64,000 nucleotides of DNA from Pseudomonadota bacterium (GCA_046051185.1 JBJOOT010000002.1:252-64251); one strand, 5' to 3'; positions 29,796 through 43,070 are shown, counted from the first letter of the stretch. The notes: a model not told the origin generated them from the sequence alone. A program made the numbers and translations.

Positions 29796-31279
29796 AGCAA
29801 CTCGCCAGTTTATTAGATGGTTTTATTCAGGAGATTCCCAGTTTAAGCATTAATGGTTTGGCTTTGGATCATCGTCAAATTCAAGCGGGTATGGCGTTTG
29901 TTGCTTTACAAGGAACTCGTCAGCATGGCTTGGTTTATGCAGCTGCCGCGTTTGCGGCGGGTGCAGTTGTGGTTTTATATGAGCCAGTTGCCGATTTAGA
30001 GTTACCTGTATTGCCACTGCCGTTAGTGGCAGTGCCGCAATTATCCAAGGTATTAGGGTTAATCGCTCAACGCTATTATCAAGTGACGGCCGCTGATTTA
30101 TCTGTCATTGGCCTAACAGGTACAGATGGTAAAACGTCTACTACACATTTTATTGCAGAAGCTTTAACGCATTTAGGCGAGCGTGCCGCAGTGTTAGGTA
30201 CTTTAGGTCGGGGTCAACCCGGTGCTTTGCAAAAAGGTACACATACCACGCCGGATGCCATTCAAGTGCAACAGCAATTTTATGAGCTGAAGCAGCAAGG
30301 CTTTAAAACAGTTGCAATGGAAGTATCTTCACATGCTCTTGATCAAGGGCGAGTTAATGGGGTGCAGTTTGAGTTGGTGGTGCTGACTAATCTGACTCGC
30401 GATCATTTAGATTATCACGGCACGGTAGAAGCTTATGCGGCGGCTAAACGTAAATTATTTCATTGGCCTGCTTTGCAGCAAGTTGTTTTGAATTTGGATG
30501 ATGCGTTTGGGCGGGATTTAGCTCAAGAACTGCGCCAAACTTCAGTGAAAGTGTGGGGTTATGGGGCAGGAGCGGCAGCTGATTATCCACAGGATACCGT
30601 GCTTGCGACGGCGGCTCAGTTTGATGCTCGCGGGATTCAAGCAACCGTAACCACGTCCCTAGGTGTGGGGCAATTAACAGCTCCGGTTTTAGGGCGTTTT
30701 AATCTGCATAACCTCTTAGCCGCATTAACCAGCTTATTGGCAAAAGGTTGGCCGTTAGAGGCTGCTTTGGAGGCTTTACGACAGGTAGAAACAGTACCTG
30801 GACGGATGCAGCGGGTTGAAGTCGCAGGAAAGGCCGAAGGTATATTAGTGGTCGTGGATTTTGCCCATACGCCTACCGCTTTGCAGCAAGCTTTGCGAGC
30901 AGCCAAAGTGCATACCTCTGGCGATTTAATCTGTGTTTTTGGTTGTGGCGGCGATCGTGATGCGGGTAAGCGCCCCTTAATGGCAAAAATAGCTGAACAA
31001 GAAGCGAACCGAGTGATCGTGACTGACGACAATCCTCGTACAGAAAATCCACAAACTATTTTTTCCGATATTCGTGCTGGTTTTGCTCAGCCTGACAGTA
31101 TTCATTTTGAGCATGATCGTGCGGCCGCCATTCGTTTAGCAATCCAGCAAGCTAAAGCGGGCGATACCGTTGTCATTGCTGGTAAGGGTCATGAAACTGT
31201 GCAGATTTTGGCAGATCGCGCCATTCCTTTTGATGATTGTACTCAAGCTCGTTTAGCTTTACAGGAGTACGGTGTATGA
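29792..31279 (+). CDS. murE: UDP-MurNAc-dipeptide:meso-DAP ligase MurE
   Basis: TGTDGKTST, MEVSSH, RDHLDYH, DNPR (DAP specificity), AGKGHE. Confidence 0.96.
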   Translation: MKQLASLLDGFIQEIPSLSINGLALDHRQIQAGMAFVALQGTRQHGLVYAAAAFAAGAVVVLYEPVADLELPVLPLPLVAVPQLSKVLGLIAQRYYQVTAADLSVIGLTGTDGKTSTTHFIAEALTHLGERAAVLGTLGRGQPGALQKGTHTTPDAIQVQQQFYELKQQGFKTVAMEVSSHALDQGRVNGVQFELVVLTNLTRDHLDYHGTVEAYAAAKRKLFHWPALQQVVLNLDDAFGRDLAQELRQTSVKVWGYGAGAAADYPQDTVLATAAQFDARGIQATVTTSLGVGQLTAPVLGRFNLHNLLAALTSLLAKGWPLEAALEALRQVETVPGRMQRVEVAGKAEGILVVVDFAHTPTALQQALRAAKVHTSGDLICVFGCGGDRDAGKRPLMAKIAEQEANRVIVTDDNPRTENPQTIFSDIRAGFAQPDSIHFEHDRAAAIRLAIQQAKAGDTVVIAGKGHETVQILADRAIPFDDCTQARLALQEYGV

Positions 31280-32637
31280 CTTGGTTGAGCCTTGCTCAAG
31301 TGGCTGAGTTACTGCACGCTCCTTTATACCAAGTGAGTGTAGAAGCTGCCCAGCAACTTAATTTAGAGCGATTAGAGCGAGATTCCCGCGCTGTCCAAAC
31401 AGGTGATTTGTTTTTAGCCCTCAAAGGCGAACGCTTTGATGCTCATGATTTCGTACCGCAAGTAGTGGGTAAGGCAAGTGCAGCCTTAGTCGCTCGTCCT
31501 GTGAATGCCCCAATTCCGCAAGTCGTTGTGCCGGATGTCGGTTTGGCTTTAGGTCAACTGGCCAAGTTTTGGCGACAACAATTTACTAAACCCGTGATTG
31601 GCCTGACAGGTAGTAATGGCAAAACTACTTTAAAAGAAATGCTCACGGCAATTTTGCGCCAGCAAGGCCAGACTTTAGCCACGATCGGCAATTTAAACAA
31701 TGAGCTTGGCGTACCACTGACTTTATTAAATTTGCGGGCAGACGATCAGTTTGCAGTGATTGAAATGGGGGCTAATCATTTTGGTGAAATTGATTATCTG
31801 ACTCATTTGGTTCTACCCAAGGTTGCCATTCTTAATAACGCAGGGGCGGCTCATTTAGAAGGATTTGGGGATTTAGCAGGGGTTGCACGGGCTAAGGGCG
31901 AGATTTTTGCAGGTCTAGCGCCTGATGGGGTGGCGGTGATTAATGCCGATGATGCTTATGCTGCCTATTGGCGCGATTTAAATAAACAGCGTCGCTTACT
32001 GAGTTTTGGCTTTGCTGCTGATGCAGATCTGCGCGGTAAGCTGGGTCTTGATCGGCAATTAATCATCCACTATGGCGCTGATTCGGTCAGTGTGCATTTG
32101 ACGCTTTTAGGTAAACATAATCAATTAAATGCTTTAGCGGCAGCAGCAGGGGCTACTGCTTTGGGTATTCCTTTGGCTGTGATTAAGCAAGGCTTAGAGT
32201 CTTTGCAACCCGTGAAAGGGCGCTTAAACCCCAAGCAGGGCAAACATGGTGGTTTAGTGATTGATGATACTTACAATGCAAATCCAAGTTCGACAGCGGC
32301 TGCGGTGGCTGTGCTTGCTGAGCAACAGGGAAGAAAAATTTTAATTTTAGGGGATATGGCTGAATTGGGCGCAACAGGTGAGCAACTGCATTTTGAAATC
32401 GGGCAACGGGCAAAAGCAGCAAATATTGATGAAATTTATACTTTAGGGCGTTTAAGTGGTTTGGCTGGCCAAGCGTTTGGTGAAGGAGCTTATGCTTTTC
32501 AGGACTTAGCGGATTTATTAGCAGCTTTACAGCCAAAATTGACTCCTGATACCCAAATTTTGGTGAAGGGCTCACGTTCTGCGCGAATGGAGCGGGTAGT
32601 TGAGGCTTTGACAGAGCAAGGAGTTGCAGCATGCTAG
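31276..32637 (+). CDS. murF: MurF; likely start MTWLS at 31276
   Basis: [35 protein letters not shown]. Confidence 0.96.
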   Translation: MTWLSLAQVAELLHAPLYQVSVEAAQQLNLERLERDSRAVQTGDLFLALKGERFDAHDFVPQVVGKASAALVARPVNAPIPQVVVPDVGLALGQLAKFWRQQFTKPVIGLTGSNGKTTLKEMLTAILRQQGQTLATIGNLNNELGVPLTLLNLRADDQFAVIEMGANHFGEIDYLTHLVLPKVAILNNAGAAHLEGFGDLAGVARAKGEIFAGLAPDGVAVINADDAYAAYWRDLNKQRRLLSFGFAADADLRGKLGLDRQLIIHYGADSVSVHLTLLGKHNQLNALAAAAGATALGIPLAVIKQGLESLQPVKGRLNPKQGKHGGLVIDDTYNANPSSTAAAVAVLAEQQGRKILILGDMAELGATGEQLHFEIGQRAKAANIDEIYTLGRLSGLAGQAFGEGAYAFQDLADLLAALQPKLTPDTQILVKGSRSARMERVVEALTEQGVAAC

Positions 32638-33713
32638 TCTGGCTGTTTGCACAACTGAGCGATGTGTACAGTGGTTTTAATGTTTTTCAATACCTAACCT
32701 TTCGTGCCATTTTAGGTGTACTGACCGCTTTAGGGATTGCCTTATGGACTGGCCCCGCCATGATTCGGGCGCTCACACGCTTGAAAATTGGTCAGTATAT
32801 TCGTGAGGATGGTCCACAGCACCAAATGAAAGCCGGTACGCCCACAATGGGGGGGGTCATGATTATCCTTGCGATTAGCGTGGCGACTTTGCTCTGGGCT
32901 GATTTAACCAATCGGTTTACTTGGGTTGCACTGGCGGTGATGTTGGGGTTTGGTTTGGTCGGTGGTTTAGACGATTATATCAAGCTCAAGAAGCGTCGCA
33001 ACTTAGGTTTGACGGCACGCCAAAAAACGCTGGGGTTAACTTTGGTAGGTTTTGCTGCCGCTTTTTTCTTGTTTTATACCGCACAATCGCCCACTGAAAC
33101 CACTTTATATATGCCGGTTTTAAAGGGCGTACATTGGGAAATGGGGTGGTTATTTATTCCTTGGGTCTATTTGGTGTTGATTGGTACTAGTAATGCGGTC
33201 AATTTAACCGATGGCCTCGATGGCTTGGCGATTATGCCTACTATTTTGGTAGCAGGTGGTTTGGGTGTATTTGCTTATGCTAGTGGGCATGCCACGATCT
33301 CAACTTATTTAGGTGTACCCAAAGTGCCGGGGGCGGGTGAAATGCTGGTGTTTTGCTCTGCAATTGTCGGTGCGGGTTTAGGGTTTCTTTGGTTTAATTC
33401 TTATCCTGCCCAAGTATTTATGGGGGATGTCGGGGCCTTAGCCTTAGGGGCAGCCTTAGCGATTGTAGCGGTCATTGTTCGCCAAGAAATTGTCCTCGCT
33501 ATTATGGGGGGCGTATTTGTGCTGGAGACTTTATCGGTGATTTTGCAGGTGGGTTATTTTAAGGCGACGGGTGGGAAACGCATCTTCCGTATGGCGCCTT
33601 TACACCATCATTATGAGAAAAAGGGGTGGCCTGAGCCAAAAGTGATAGTACGTTTTTGGATTATCACCGTGGTCTTGGTCATGATTGGCTTAGCTACTTT
33701 GAAGGTGCGCTAA
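32631..33713 (+). CDS. mraY: Phospho-MurNAc-pentapeptide transferase MraY
   Basis: [37 protein letters not shown]. Confidence 0.97.
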   Translation: MLVWLFAQLSDVYSGFNVFQYLTFRAILGVLTALGIALWTGPAMIRALTRLKIGQYIREDGPQHQMKAGTPTMGGVMIILAISVATLLWADLTNRFTWVALAVMLGFGLVGGLDDYIKLKKRRNLGLTARQKTLGLTLVGFAAAFFLFYTAQSPTETTLYMPVLKGVHWEMGWLFIPWVYLVLIGTSNAVNLTDGLDGLAIMPTILVAGGLGVFAYASGHATISTYLGVPKVPGAGEMLVFCSAIVGAGLGFLWFNSYPAQVFMGDVGALALGAALAIVAVIVRQEIVLAIMGGVFVLETLSVILQVGYFKATGGKRIFRMAPLHHHYEKKGWPEPKVIVRFWIITVVLVMIGLATLKVR

Positions 33714-35068
33714 TGAAGCAACCCTCTGATTCAAGTTCAAATTGGACTCATTTAGTCGTCGGCCTTGGTATAACGGGACTGTCTGTAGCAAATTATTTAA
33801 AAGCACAGGATATTGATTTTGCGGTTGTTGATAGCCGCGAAGATCCACCAGGAAAAGACGAGTTCGCAGAGCATTTTGCAGAAACTCCCTATTTCTTTGG
33901 CTCTTTCTCAGAAGTCAGTGCGTGGTTTGAACAGGCTCAGACCTTAGTGGTTAGCCCGGGTATTGCAATCGCTACCCCCGAAATTCATGCCGCTAAGCAA
34001 CGCGGTGCAGAAGTCATTGGCGATATTGAGTTATTTGTACGAGCAGCGAAAGCCCCTATTGTGGCTATTACGGGTTCTAACGGAAAAAGCAGTGTGACCA
34101 CTCTCGTTGATTTGATGGCAAAATCAGCGGGTCAGCAGTCTTTAGCAGGTGGAAATCTCGGTTATGCTGCTTTGGATTTATTAGCTTTGCCAGTGCCTGA
34201 TCTATATGTGATGGAGCTATCGAGCTTTCAATTAGAAACGACCCATTCTTTGCAGGCCGCTGCTGCCGTTATCTTGAATCTAAGTGAAGATCACATGGAT
34301 CGCTATGCTAGCTACGCGGAGTATGCAGCCGCTAAACAAGTGATTTATCAAAATTGCGCATGTGCGATCTTGAATCGCGATGACCCCTTAGTAATGTCAA
34401 TGGCACCTATGGGGTTGCCACAGCTGAGTTTTGGTCTAGGTGTGCCTGCAGCCGGTGAATACGGTATTCGTGAACAAGATGGGCAGACTTGGCTAGCAAA
34501 GGGCGAAACCTTACTGCTTGCGACCTCAGCCATGAAACTTCCAGGGAGTCATAATCATGCAAATGCTTTGGCTGCCTTAGCATTGGCGGAAGCTGTTGGG
34601 TTGCCACTAGAAGGATGCTTAGTGGGTCTGCGTGAGTTTGCAGGGTTACCGCATCGCACTCAATGGGTTCGTGAGCGTCACAGGGTCGCTTGGTATGACG
34701 ATTCAAAAGGTACTAATGTAGGCGCGACTTTAGCGGCTTTGCAAGGTTTGCCGGGGAAGACCGTTTTAATCGCCGGTGGAATTGGCAAGGATGCTGATTT
34801 CACGCCGTTAGGTGCTGCGATTCAAGCCAAGGCACGGGCGGTCGTGTTAATCGGCCGAGATGCACCGTTGATCGCCAAGATCATTGATTCTGAAGTGCCC
34901 GTGCATTATGCCAGCACTATGGAAGAGGCTGTGCAATGGGCCGCTGATTATGCACTGCCCGGTGATAATGTCTTACTCTCTCCCGCATGTGCCAGTTTTG
35001 ATATGTTCAAAAATTATGGGCATCGCGGTGAGGTATTTAGTGCTGCTGTTAGGAGCTTACCCGCATGA
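33713..35068 (+). CDS. murD: MurD; likely start MKQPSD at 33713
   Basis: GLGITG, TGSNGKS, ELSSFQL, DHMDRY, DDSKGTN, SPACAS. Confidence 0.96.
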   Translation: MKQPSDSSSNWTHLVVGLGITGLSVANYLKAQDIDFAVVDSREDPPGKDEFAEHFAETPYFFGSFSEVSAWFEQAQTLVVSPGIAIATPEIHAAKQRGAEVIGDIELFVRAAKAPIVAITGSNGKSSVTTLVDLMAKSAGQQSLAGGNLGYAALDLLALPVPDLYVMELSSFQLETTHSLQAAAAVILNLSEDHMDRYASYAEYAAAKQVIYQNCACAILNRDDPLVMSMAPMGLPQLSFGLGVPAAGEYGIREQDGQTWLAKGETLLLATSAMKLPGSHNHANALAALALAEAVGLPLEGCLVGLREFAGLPHRTQWVRERHRVAWYDDSKGTNVGATLAALQGLPGKTVLIAGGIGKDADFTPLGAAIQAKARAVVLIGRDAPLIAKIIDSEVPVHYASTMEEAVQWAADYALPGDNVLLSPACASFDMFKNYGHRGEVFSAAVRSLPA

Positions 35069-36315
35069 AAGTAAGCAAACCCACGAACCTGCTTGAGCGT
35101 ATCGAAGCTATTGATTGGTCACGTTATTTTGATCGTGATCTAGGCTTGGTCATTTTTGCTTTGCTGGGGATTGGGTTAGTGATGTTGGGGTCTGCTTCGT
35201 TTTGGGTAGCCCAAAAGACTTATGGTGATATGTATTATTTCCTTAATCGCCAGCTTTTATTTGTCTTGATAGGGGTGTGTTGCGCTTTTGCACTTTACCA
35301 AGTGCGTATTGGCTTTTGGGAAGATTTAGGGGTCAAGCTATTACCTGTTGCCGTGATTTTATTGATTTTAGTACTGATTCCGGGGATTGGCGTTTATGTC
35401 AAAGGAAGTCGACGCTGGTTAGCTTTAGGGCCGTTTGCCTTTCAAGTCTCTGAGCTAGTGAAAATCATTATGATTATGTATTTGTCGAGCTATATGGTTC
35501 GGCACGGTAAAAAGCTCTCTAGTTCACCTTCCTATCAGCCTTTAGTTATGCCGTTATTAGTGTTGGCGGGTGTAGGCGCTTTGTTATTGCTAGAGCCTGA
35601 TTTCGGTTCAGCGGTGATTATTATGATGGTGGGCTTGGCTTTATTGTTTTTAGGCGGAGTTCCTCTAAAAAGATTAGGTATGTTCTTAGGCGGTGCACTC
35701 CTGATTATGTTGCCTGTAGTTGCCCTTGAAGGTTATCGCTTACGCCGGATTGAGATTTTCTTAAACCCTTGGGCGGACACGCAAAATACCGGTTATCAAA
35801 TTGTGAATTCACTGATTGCGATTGGCGATGGCGGTTGGTTTGGCAATGGCTTAGGTGCTGGCGTGCAAAAACTTTCTTATCTCCCTGAGGCGCATAATGA
35901 CTTTATCTTTGCTGTTTTAGCGGAAGAGTTTGGTTTTATTGGCATGATGTTGCTATTGGTGCTCTTTGGTTGGTTAGTTTATCGCGCTTTTGTGATTGGC
36001 TTTAATGCCGATAAGCAGGGCTTGCAGTTTGGGGCGTATGTGGCTTATGGCATCGGGTTTTGGATGGGCTTCCAAGTCATTTTGCATGTCGGGGTTAATT
36101 TAGCTGTATTACCTCCTAAGGGGCTGACCTTGCCCTTTTTAAGCTATGGCGGGAGTAGTTTATTAGTGACTTTATTAGCAATGGGTTTGCTGATGCGTAT
36201 TCATCGCGATACACAGATGGCGGCTTTAGGTTTATCAGCGAAGCCCCGTACTCGTAAGCCAGTTAAAGCGACAGTACGACGTTCCCCTTTATTAGGAGGT
36301 AATAAACGTGCTTAA
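35065..36315 (+). CDS. ftsW: SEDS peptidoglycan polymerase FtsW
   Basis: RRWL, EPDFG, YLPEAHNDFIF, LPFLSYGGSS. Confidence 0.96.
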   Translation: MKVSKPTNLLERIEAIDWSRYFDRDLGLVIFALLGIGLVMLGSASFWVAQKTYGDMYYFLNRQLLFVLIGVCCAFALYQVRIGFWEDLGVKLLPVAVILLILVLIPGIGVYVKGSRRWLALGPFAFQVSELVKIIMIMYLSSYMVRHGKKLSSSPSYQPLVMPLLVLAGVGALLLLEPDFGSAVIIMMVGLALLFLGGVPLKRLGMFLGGALLIMLPVVALEGYRLRRIEIFLNPWADTQNTGYQIVNSLIAIGDGGWFGNGLGAGVQKLSYLPEAHNDFIFAVLAEEFGFIGMMLLLVLFGWLVYRAFVIGFNADKQGLQFGAYVAYGIGFWMGFQVILHVGVNLAVLPPKGLTLPFLSYGGSSLLVTLLAMGLLMRIHRDTQMAALGLSAKPRTRKPVKATVRRSPLLGGNKRA

Positions 36316-37423
36316 GCCTAAACCGATTTTAATCACTGCAGGCGGTACGGGGGGGCATGTTTATCCGGGCTTAGCGGTGGCGCGTGAGTTGCAAGCACAC
36401 GGTATTCCGATTATTTGGATGGGAACTAAAGCTGGTTTAGAGGCAAAAATTATTCCGGCAGCGGGGATTGAGGTTGCTTGGCTTGAAGTATCGGGTCTGC
36501 GGGGTAAAGGTTGGCAAGCCTTGGCTTTAGCCCCCTTCCGTTTAGCCAAAGCCTTATGGCAATCGGTCGAGATTATGCGCAAACATCAACCGGCCGCTGT
36601 TTTAGGGATGGGCGGTTTTGTGGCAGGGCCTGGTGGTTTAGTGGCTGCACTGATGGGTAAGCCTGTAGTGATTCATGAGCAAAATGCAGTGGCAGGTTTA
36701 ACCAATCGATTGCTCGCTAAATTCAGCAAACGTGTCTTGGAAGGTTTCCCTAATACTTTTCCCCAAAGTGACAAAGTACAAGTCACGGGTAATCCGGTAC
36801 GAGCTGATATTGCAGCGTTACCACTGCCTTTAGAGCGCTTAGTGGATCGTGAAGAGCAGCCTATCCATTTACTGGTCGTGGGCGGAAGCTTAGGCGCAGC
36901 GGCTTTAAATCAAACAGTACCACAGGCTTTGGCTTTAGTCGCGCCGCATTTACGCCCTGAAATTCGTCATCAAGCTGGTGCAAAAAATTTAGTAGCTGCT
37001 CAGCAGGCGTATCAAGCAGCAGACGTTGAGGCAAGCGTAACGCCTTTTATTGAGGATATGGCAGAAGCCTATGCTTGGGCTGATTTAATTATTTGTCGTG
37101 CTGGGGCTTTAACGGTGGCAGAGGTATCAGCGGCTGGCTTAGCGGCATTGTTTATCCCTTATCCATATGCGGTGGATGATCACCAGACGGCGAATGCGCG
37201 TTATTTGGTAGACCAACAGGCGGGTTTATTACTGCAACAAGCTGAATTAAGCCCAGAACGTTTAGCTAAGGTTCTCACAGAACTCTGCACCGACCGTATC
37301 CGTTTATTAAAGATGGGGATGGCTGCACGTCAATTAGCGATGCCTTATGCCACCACACAGGTAGCCGCTATCTGTGCAGCTTATGCCGGTTATGATTTTC
37401 AAGAAACTAGGAAGCAAGCATGA
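36308..37423 (+). CDS. murG: MurG glycosyltransferase
   Basis: [39 protein letters not shown]. Confidence 0.97.
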   Translation: MLKPKPILITAGGTGGHVYPGLAVARELQAHGIPIIWMGTKAGLEAKIIPAAGIEVAWLEVSGLRGKGWQALALAPFRLAKALWQSVEIMRKHQPAAVLGMGGFVAGPGGLVAALMGKPVVIHEQNAVAGLTNRLLAKFSKRVLEGFPNTFPQSDKVQVTGNPVRADIAALPLPLERLVDREEQPIHLLVVGGSLGAAALNQTVPQALALVAPHLRPEIRHQAGAKNLVAAQQAYQAADVEASVTPFIEDMAEAYAWADLIICRAGALTVAEVSAAGLAALFIPYPYAVDDHQTANARYLVDQQAGLLLQQAELSPERLAKVLTELCTDRIRLLKMGMAARQLAMPYATTQVAAICAAYAGYDFQETRKQA

Positions 37424-38853
37424 AAACAGGGAATGACAATCTCGCCCGTAAACGGATTAATCGTTTGCATTTTATTGGTATCGGCGGGGCTGGTATGGGT
37501 GGGATTGCTGAGGTCGTGGCTACTTTAGGTTATACCGTGAGTGGCTCAGATTTAGCCGAGAGTGCCATGACGCGCCGTTTACAGTCTATGGGGATTACTG
37601 TTTTCAAAGGCCATGCGGCAGAGCATATTGCGGGTGCGGATGTGATTGTGGTATCGACGGCAATTGATGCGCAGAATCCAGAAATTATCGCAGCGCGTGA
37701 GCAACGTATTCCGATTGTACGACGTGCTGAAATGTTGGCGGAGTTAATGCGTTTTCGTCAAGGTATTGCTGTGGCAGGCACACATGGCAAAACGACCACG
37801 ACGAGTTTAACCACTAGTTTATTGGTGGAGGGCGGCTTAGACCCTACGTATGTGATTGGTGGCAAGCTAAATAGCTCTGCAAGTAATTCCAAGCTCGGTA
37901 CTGGGGAGTATTTGGTTGCAGAAGCCGATGAAAGTGATGCTTCTTTCCTTCATTTACAGCCGATGATCTCAGTCATTACTAATATTGATGAAGATCATAT
38001 GTCTACCTATGGCGGTGATTTTTCTAAATTAAAACAAACATTTATTGAGTTTCTACATCATTTGCCCTTTTATGGCTTGGCGGTACTTTGCGTGGATGAT
38101 GAGCATGTCCGGTCTATTTTGCCGGAAGTCAACCGTACCGTGATTACCTATGGTATTGAGCAAGAGGCTGATGTGCGTGCTTCTAAGGTGCATTTTGAGG
38201 GGACGCAGAGCTTTTTTACAGTGCACTGTAAGCGTAGTAATCGTAGCTTAGACGTGACGCTGAATTTACCCGGGCAACATAATGTGCTGAATGCTTTAGC
38301 CGCAATTGCGATTGCGATGGAGTTAGAGATTGCAGATGAGGCGATTCTGAATGGTTTGCGTAAATTCAGTGGGGTTGGGCGGCGTTTCCAAATGTATGGT
38401 GATATTAACTTTGGTAAAGGTATCGCCACCTTAGTGGATGATTACGGCCATCATCCGCGTGAAATGTTGGCAACATTGAAGGCGTTAAGGGGGGTATGGC
38501 CCACTCGACGCTTAGTGTTGGTATTTCAACCGCATCGCTATACGCGCACCCGTGATTTATTCGAAGATTTCACACAGGTACTGTCAGAAACCGATGTCTT
38601 AGTTCTCATGGAAGTTTATGCTGCAAGTGAGCAGGCGATTCCTGGGGCAGATGGACGTGCCTTAGCGCGTGCCATTCGAATTCGTGGCAAAGTTGATCCC
38701 ATTTTTGTGACGGATGTGGAAGATGTCCCCGGTGTACTTAAGCATATTCTGCAAGACGGGGATGTGATTTTGACGCAAGGTGCGGGTAGTGTCGGTGGTT
38801 TAGCCGCGAGTTTGCCGGAAAAACTAACTATTTATCAAACAGGGCAAGCATAA
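37420..38853 (+). CDS. murC: UDP-MurNAc:L-Ala ligase MurC
   Basis: [36 protein letters not shown]. Confidence 0.97.
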   Translation: MKTGNDNLARKRINRLHFIGIGGAGMGGIAEVVATLGYTVSGSDLAESAMTRRLQSMGITVFKGHAAEHIAGADVIVVSTAIDAQNPEIIAAREQRIPIVRRAEMLAELMRFRQGIAVAGTHGKTTTTSLTTSLLVEGGLDPTYVIGGKLNSSASNSKLGTGEYLVAEADESDASFLHLQPMISVITNIDEDHMSTYGGDFSKLKQTFIEFLHHLPFYGLAVLCVDDEHVRSILPEVNRTVITYGIEQEADVRASKVHFEGTQSFFTVHCKRSNRSLDVTLNLPGQHNVLNALAAIAIAMELEIADEAILNGLRKFSGVGRRFQMYGDINFGKGIATLVDDYGHHPREMLATLKALRGVWPTRRLVLVFQPHRYTRTRDLFEDFTQVLSETDVLVLMEVYAASEQAIPGADGRALARAIRIRGKVDPIFVTDVEDVPGVLKHILQDGDVILTQGAGSVGGLAASLPEKLTIYQTGQA

Positions 38854-39771
38854 ATGAATAATGCATATTCACGTTTTGGCAAAGTCGCCGTATTGTATGG
38901 GGGATGGGCTGCTGAACGACCTGTCTCTTTAAAAAGTGGGGCAGCAGTGCTTGCGGCTTTGCAGGAAAGCGGTGTCGATGCGCATGGTATTGACGTAGAT
39001 CGCCATATTTTGAGTGTCCTGCAAGCCGGTAACTATGACCGAGTATTTAATATCTTACACGGGCGTGGTGGTGAAGATGGTGTCATTCAAGGCGCTTTAG
39101 AGTTATTGGGTTTACCCTATACCGGCTGTGGTGTGAAAGCAGCAGCGATTAGCATGGATAAGCTCATGACTAAGCGTTTATGGTTGGGGGCTGGTTTACC
39201 AACGCCTGATTATCGTGTGCTCACTGCTGAAACCGATTTTGCTGCGGTTGTTGCTGAGTTGGGTTTACCACTGATTGTTAAACCAGCCAGTGAAGGTTCA
39301 AGTATTGGCATTAGCAAAGTGACTGAAGCGGCTGCTTTGAAGCCCGCTTATGAAGCAGCAGCGAAGAGTGATCCCGTAGTGATTGTTGAGCAATGGATTA
39401 CAGGGGAAGAATATACCGCTGGGCTATTAGCGGGTGAGCCTTTGCCTTTGATTAGAATCGAAGTGCCAGGTGTCTTATATGATTATGAGGCTAAGTATAT
39501 TTCCAATGATACGCGCTATTTTTGCCCCTGTGGTTTGAGTGTAGAGGAAGAGCAGGCCATGCGTGCTCTAGCGCTTGAAGCTTTTGCTACGGTTGGGGGG
39601 CAAGGTTGGGGGCGGGTTGATATGATGCGCGATCAACAAGGTAAAGCTTGGTTGATTGAAGTGAACACTAACCCCGGAATGACCGACCATAGCTTAGTGC
39701 CAATGGCAGCTCGCGCAGTGGGTATGGATTTTCAAACCCTAGTCTTACGTATTTTGGAGACCACTTTGTAA
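38854..39771 (+). CDS. ddlB: D-Ala-D-Ala ligase
   Basis: [31 protein letters not shown]. Confidence 0.96.
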   Translation: MNNAYSRFGKVAVLYGGWAAERPVSLKSGAAVLAALQESGVDAHGIDVDRHILSVLQAGNYDRVFNILHGRGGEDGVIQGALELLGLPYTGCGVKAAAISMDKLMTKRLWLGAGLPTPDYRVLTAETDFAAVVAELGLPLIVKPASEGSSIGISKVTEAAALKPAYEAAAKSDPVVIVEQWITGEEYTAGLLAGEPLPLIRIEVPGVLYDYEAKYISNDTRYFCPCGLSVEEEQAMRALALEAFATVGGQGWGRVDMMRDQQGKAWLIEVNTNPGMTDHSLVPMAARAVGMDFQTLVLRILETTL

Positions 39772-40610
39772 TGGCGAAGCAGCCAACTCAACCCGCTAAG
39801 CGCCGCACTCAAGCACGCTCAACGAAAGATCTCGCACTCATGCCGGAACTATCACCGAGTATGGCGCGTTGGCTAAGTGTGCTTGCCGTGTTAATGATCG
39901 TTGGTGGGGCGGTGCTTTGGTTGCGGGCATGGATTAGTGATCCGACGAGTTTGGCGATTCAAAAGGTGGAGTGGCAAGGTGATTTTCAGTTTTTACGGCA
40001 AGCTGAGTTAGAAGCACTGGCCCATCCGTATACGCAGACGAATTTATATTTGCTGGATAGCCAAGGTTTAGAGTTGGCTATCGAGGCGCATCCTTGGGTT
40101 AGAGCTGCAAGTTTGCGCAAGGTTTGGCCAAATCAACTGGTTATTGAGGTAGAAACACAATTTCCCATTGCTTTTTGGGGCGATGATAAGTTATTGAATA
40201 AGTTTGGCGAAGTTTACGTCGGTACATTGCCAGAAAAGCAGGGTGTTTTTCCCATTATTTATAGTCCTCAGACTAATGGGCGTGTCATGGGTGAACGTTA
40301 TGTACAACTCACTCAAATGCTATCTGGCTTAGGTTTGGAAATTATCGAGCTATCAGAAGATGAACGTGGGTCATGGCAGATGAAGTTGCGTCATGGACCA
40401 GAAATCATCATTGGCCGTAAAGAACAGGAAAAACGAGTGCAACGTTTTAAAGTGGGCTATTTACAAGGCTTGAAGGATCGTCTCGGTGAGATTGATCAGA
40501 TTGATCTACGCTATACCAATGGATTCGCTGTGGAATGGAAACCTGGTGTTGGTCATGGCGCGGCTGTGAGTTCCTTAGATAGGTTCACACAACAGAGCCT
40601 AGGGAGCTAA
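39771..40610 (+). CDS. ftsQ: Cell division protein FtsQ
   Basis: TM + POTRA (HPWV...RKVWP), IDLRYTNGFAV. Confidence 0.93.
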   Translation: MAKQPTQPAKRRTQARSTKDLALMPELSPSMARWLSVLAVLMIVGGAVLWLRAWISDPTSLAIQKVEWQGDFQFLRQAELEALAHPYTQTNLYLLDSQGLELAIEAHPWVRAASLRKVWPNQLVIEVETQFPIAFWGDDKLLNKFGEVYVGTLPEKQGVFPIIYSPQTNGRVMGERYVQLTQMLSGLGLEIIELSEDERGSWQMKLRHGPEIIIGRKEQEKRVQRFKVGYLQGLKDRLGEIDQIDLRYTNGFAVEWKPGVGHGAAVSSLDRFTQQSLGS

Positions 40611-40612
40611 AG

Positions 40613-41857
40613 ATGTCAAAGAAATCAGAGCGTAACACAATCGTTGCCTTAGATATTGGTACTTCAAAAGTAGTCGCTATGGTGGGCGAGGTGAACGAAA
40701 ATGGCCGCCTCGAAGTCGTTGGTATTGGGACTTCTCCCTCGCGTGGGATGCGCCGTGGAGTAGTTGTCAATATCGAATCGACCATTCAGTCGATCCAAAA
40801 AGCCGTTGAAGAAGCTGAATTGATGTCTGGCGTCAGAATTAGTTCAGTCTATGTGGGTATTGCTGGAAGTCATGTGCGTAGCCTCAATTCACACGGGATT
40901 GTTGCTATTAAGGAAAAAGAAGTCACCAGTCAAGATCTTGAGCGGGTGATGGATGCGGCTCGAGCGGTCGCTATTCCTGCGGATCAACGCATTTTGCATG
41001 TGTTGCCACAAGAGTATGTGATTGATACTCAAGAAGGCATCCGTGAGCCAGTCGGTATGTCTGGTGTGCGCTTGGAGGCACGGGTGCATTTAGTAACTGC
41101 AGCACATGGCGCTGCACAAAATATTATTAAATGTGTTGAGCGCTGTGGGCTAAGTGTAGAAGATATTATCCTTGAGCAAGTAGCTTCTAGTTATGCGGTG
41201 CTAGAGGAGGATGAAAAGGAATTGGGTGTCTGTTTGGTGGATATTGGAGGGGGAACAAGTGATATTGCTGTTTTCCTCAATGGGGCTATTCATCATACAG
41301 CGGTTATCCCGATTGCAGGCGACCAAGTGACTAATGATATTGCCCTAGGTGTGCGGACACCAACACGCTATGCGGAAGAGATCAAGATTAAATACGGGGT
41401 TGCCTTACAAAAATTAATTGGGCAGGAAGAGTTTATTGATGTACCTGGCGTAGGTGAGCGAGAAGCGTCGAGTTTATCCACCTTTGTCTTATCGTCTATT
41501 ATTGAGCCACGTTATGCTGAGTTATTTGCCTTAGTTTTGGATGAACTCCAACGCAGTGGTTATGAAGAGCGGATCGGGGCAGGTATCGTCCTTACGGGGG
41601 GTACTTCGAAGATGAAGGGTGCTGTTGAATTGGCTGAGGAAGTTTTTCACATGCCAGTACGTTTAGGTATGCCGCGTGATATTGGTGGTTTACGTGGTGA
41701 AGTTGAAAACCCTATCCACTCCACTGGGGTAGGACTCCTGTTGTATGGTATTACCCAGCAGGTTTATGGAGAGCGCAGAGGAGTACATCCGGTGCCAGTA
41801 AGCTCAGCGGATAGCTTATGGGAGCGCATTAAAGGTTGGTTTAACAGAAATTTGTAA
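40613..41857 (+). CDS. ftsA: Cell division protein FtsA
   Basis: [22 protein letters not shown]-terminal amphipathic LWERIKGWF. Confidence 0.97.
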   Translation: MSKKSERNTIVALDIGTSKVVAMVGEVNENGRLEVVGIGTSPSRGMRRGVVVNIESTIQSIQKAVEEAELMSGVRISSVYVGIAGSHVRSLNSHGIVAIKEKEVTSQDLERVMDAARAVAIPADQRILHVLPQEYVIDTQEGIREPVGMSGVRLEARVHLVTAAHGAAQNIIKCVERCGLSVEDIILEQVASSYAVLEEDEKELGVCLVDIGGGTSDIAVFLNGAIHHTAVIPIAGDQVTNDIALGVRTPTRYAEEIKIKYGVALQKLIGQEEFIDVPGVGEREASSLSTFVLSSIIEPRYAELFALVLDELQRSGYEERIGAGIVLTGGTSKMKGAVELAEEVFHMPVRLGMPRDIGGLRGEVENPIHSTGVGLLLYGITQQVYGERRGVHPVPVSSADSLWERIKGWFNRNL

Positions 41858-41867
41858 CAGTTGGAGA

Positions 41868-43070
41868 ATGGGCATGTTTGAAATTATGGATAATCAAAAG
41901 TCCGGTGCCGTGATTAAGGTAATCGGGGTTGGTGGCGGCGGCGGTAATGCAGTTACCAATATGTTGGCTTCAGGTATTGAAGGTGTCGAATACATTTGTG
42001 CTAACACTGATGCACAGGCTCTAAAAGGTTGCACAGTTAGTACGGTGTTACAGTTAGGCTCGAGCTTAACTAAAGGTTTAGGTGCTGGTGCTAACCCTGA
42101 TGTTGGTCGTGAAGCCGCAATGGAAGATCGCGAACGGATTAAAGAATTAATCCGTGGCACAGATATGCTGTTTATTACCGCAGGTATGGGCGGTGGTACT
42201 GGCACAGGTGCAGCACCCGTGGTGGCTGAGATTGCACGTGACTTAGGGATTTTAACTGTTGCGGTTGTGACGCGCCCCTTCCATTTAGAAGGTGCTAAGC
42301 GCATGAGATTGGCCGATGAGGGTATTGCTGAATTAGCGCGTCATGTGGATTCTTTAATCACGATCCCTAATCAAAAATTGCTAACCGCTTTAGGTAAGAA
42401 CGCTACTTTATTAGACGCTTTCAAGTCTGCCAATAATGTGCTCTTAAATGCGGTGCAAGGGATTGCTGAGCTTATTACTCGCCCCGGTTTGATTAATGTT
42501 GACTTTGCCGATGTGCGCACGGTGATGTCGGGTATGGGTATGGCCGTGATGGGCATGGGTAAAGCTCAAGGCGATGGCCGTGCTGAGAAGGCCGCTCAAG
42601 CTGCCGTATCTAATCCCTTATTGGAAGATATTTGCTTAGATGGCGCTCGCGGTATTCTGGTGAATATCACCGCTGGCCTCGATATGGGTATCCATGAGTT
42701 TGAAGAGGTCGGTGAAGTGGTTCGCCAATTTGCTTCAGATGAGGCGACTGTGGTTGTGGGTACAGTCATTGATCCTGAAATGCGTGATGAAATTCGCGTT
42801 ACTTTAGTCGCGACGGGCTTAGAGGATGCAGCGACCACTGCAGGGCCGAAACCCGTACCTCTTAAATCAGGTTCGAAGGGTAGACATGATAATGCAGGTG
42901 AATTGACTCCACCTACGCCTATCCGTCCTCAAAGACCTCGGGTAGTGATGGGGCTTGACGAGATCCGCACGAATGCAGGAGGAGCTGCTGCCAATGGTAA
43001 TAATGGACGTGGTATTGGCAAGACTACGCTATTAGATGTACCTGCGTTTTTGCGTCATCAAGCCGATTAA
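41868..43070 (+). CDS. ftsZ: Cell division protein FtsZ
   Basis: [16 protein letters not shown] tubulin signature, C-terminal [12 protein letters not shown]. Confidence 0.98.
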   Translation: MGMFEIMDNQKSGAVIKVIGVGGGGGNAVTNMLASGIEGVEYICANTDAQALKGCTVSTVLQLGSSLTKGLGAGANPDVGREAAMEDRERIKELIRGTDMLFITAGMGGGTGTGAAPVVAEIARDLGILTVAVVTRPFHLEGAKRMRLADEGIAELARHVDSLITIPNQKLLTALGKNATLLDAFKSANNVLLNAVQGIAELITRPGLINVDFADVRTVMSGMGMAVMGMGKAQGDGRAEKAAQAAVSNPLLEDICLDGARGILVNITAGLDMGIHEFEEVGEVVRQFASDEATVVVGTVIDPEMRDEIRVTLVATGLEDAATTAGPKPVPLKSGSKGRHDNAGELTPPTPIRPQRPRVVMGLDEIRTNAGGAAANGNNGRGIGKTTLLDVPAFLRHQAD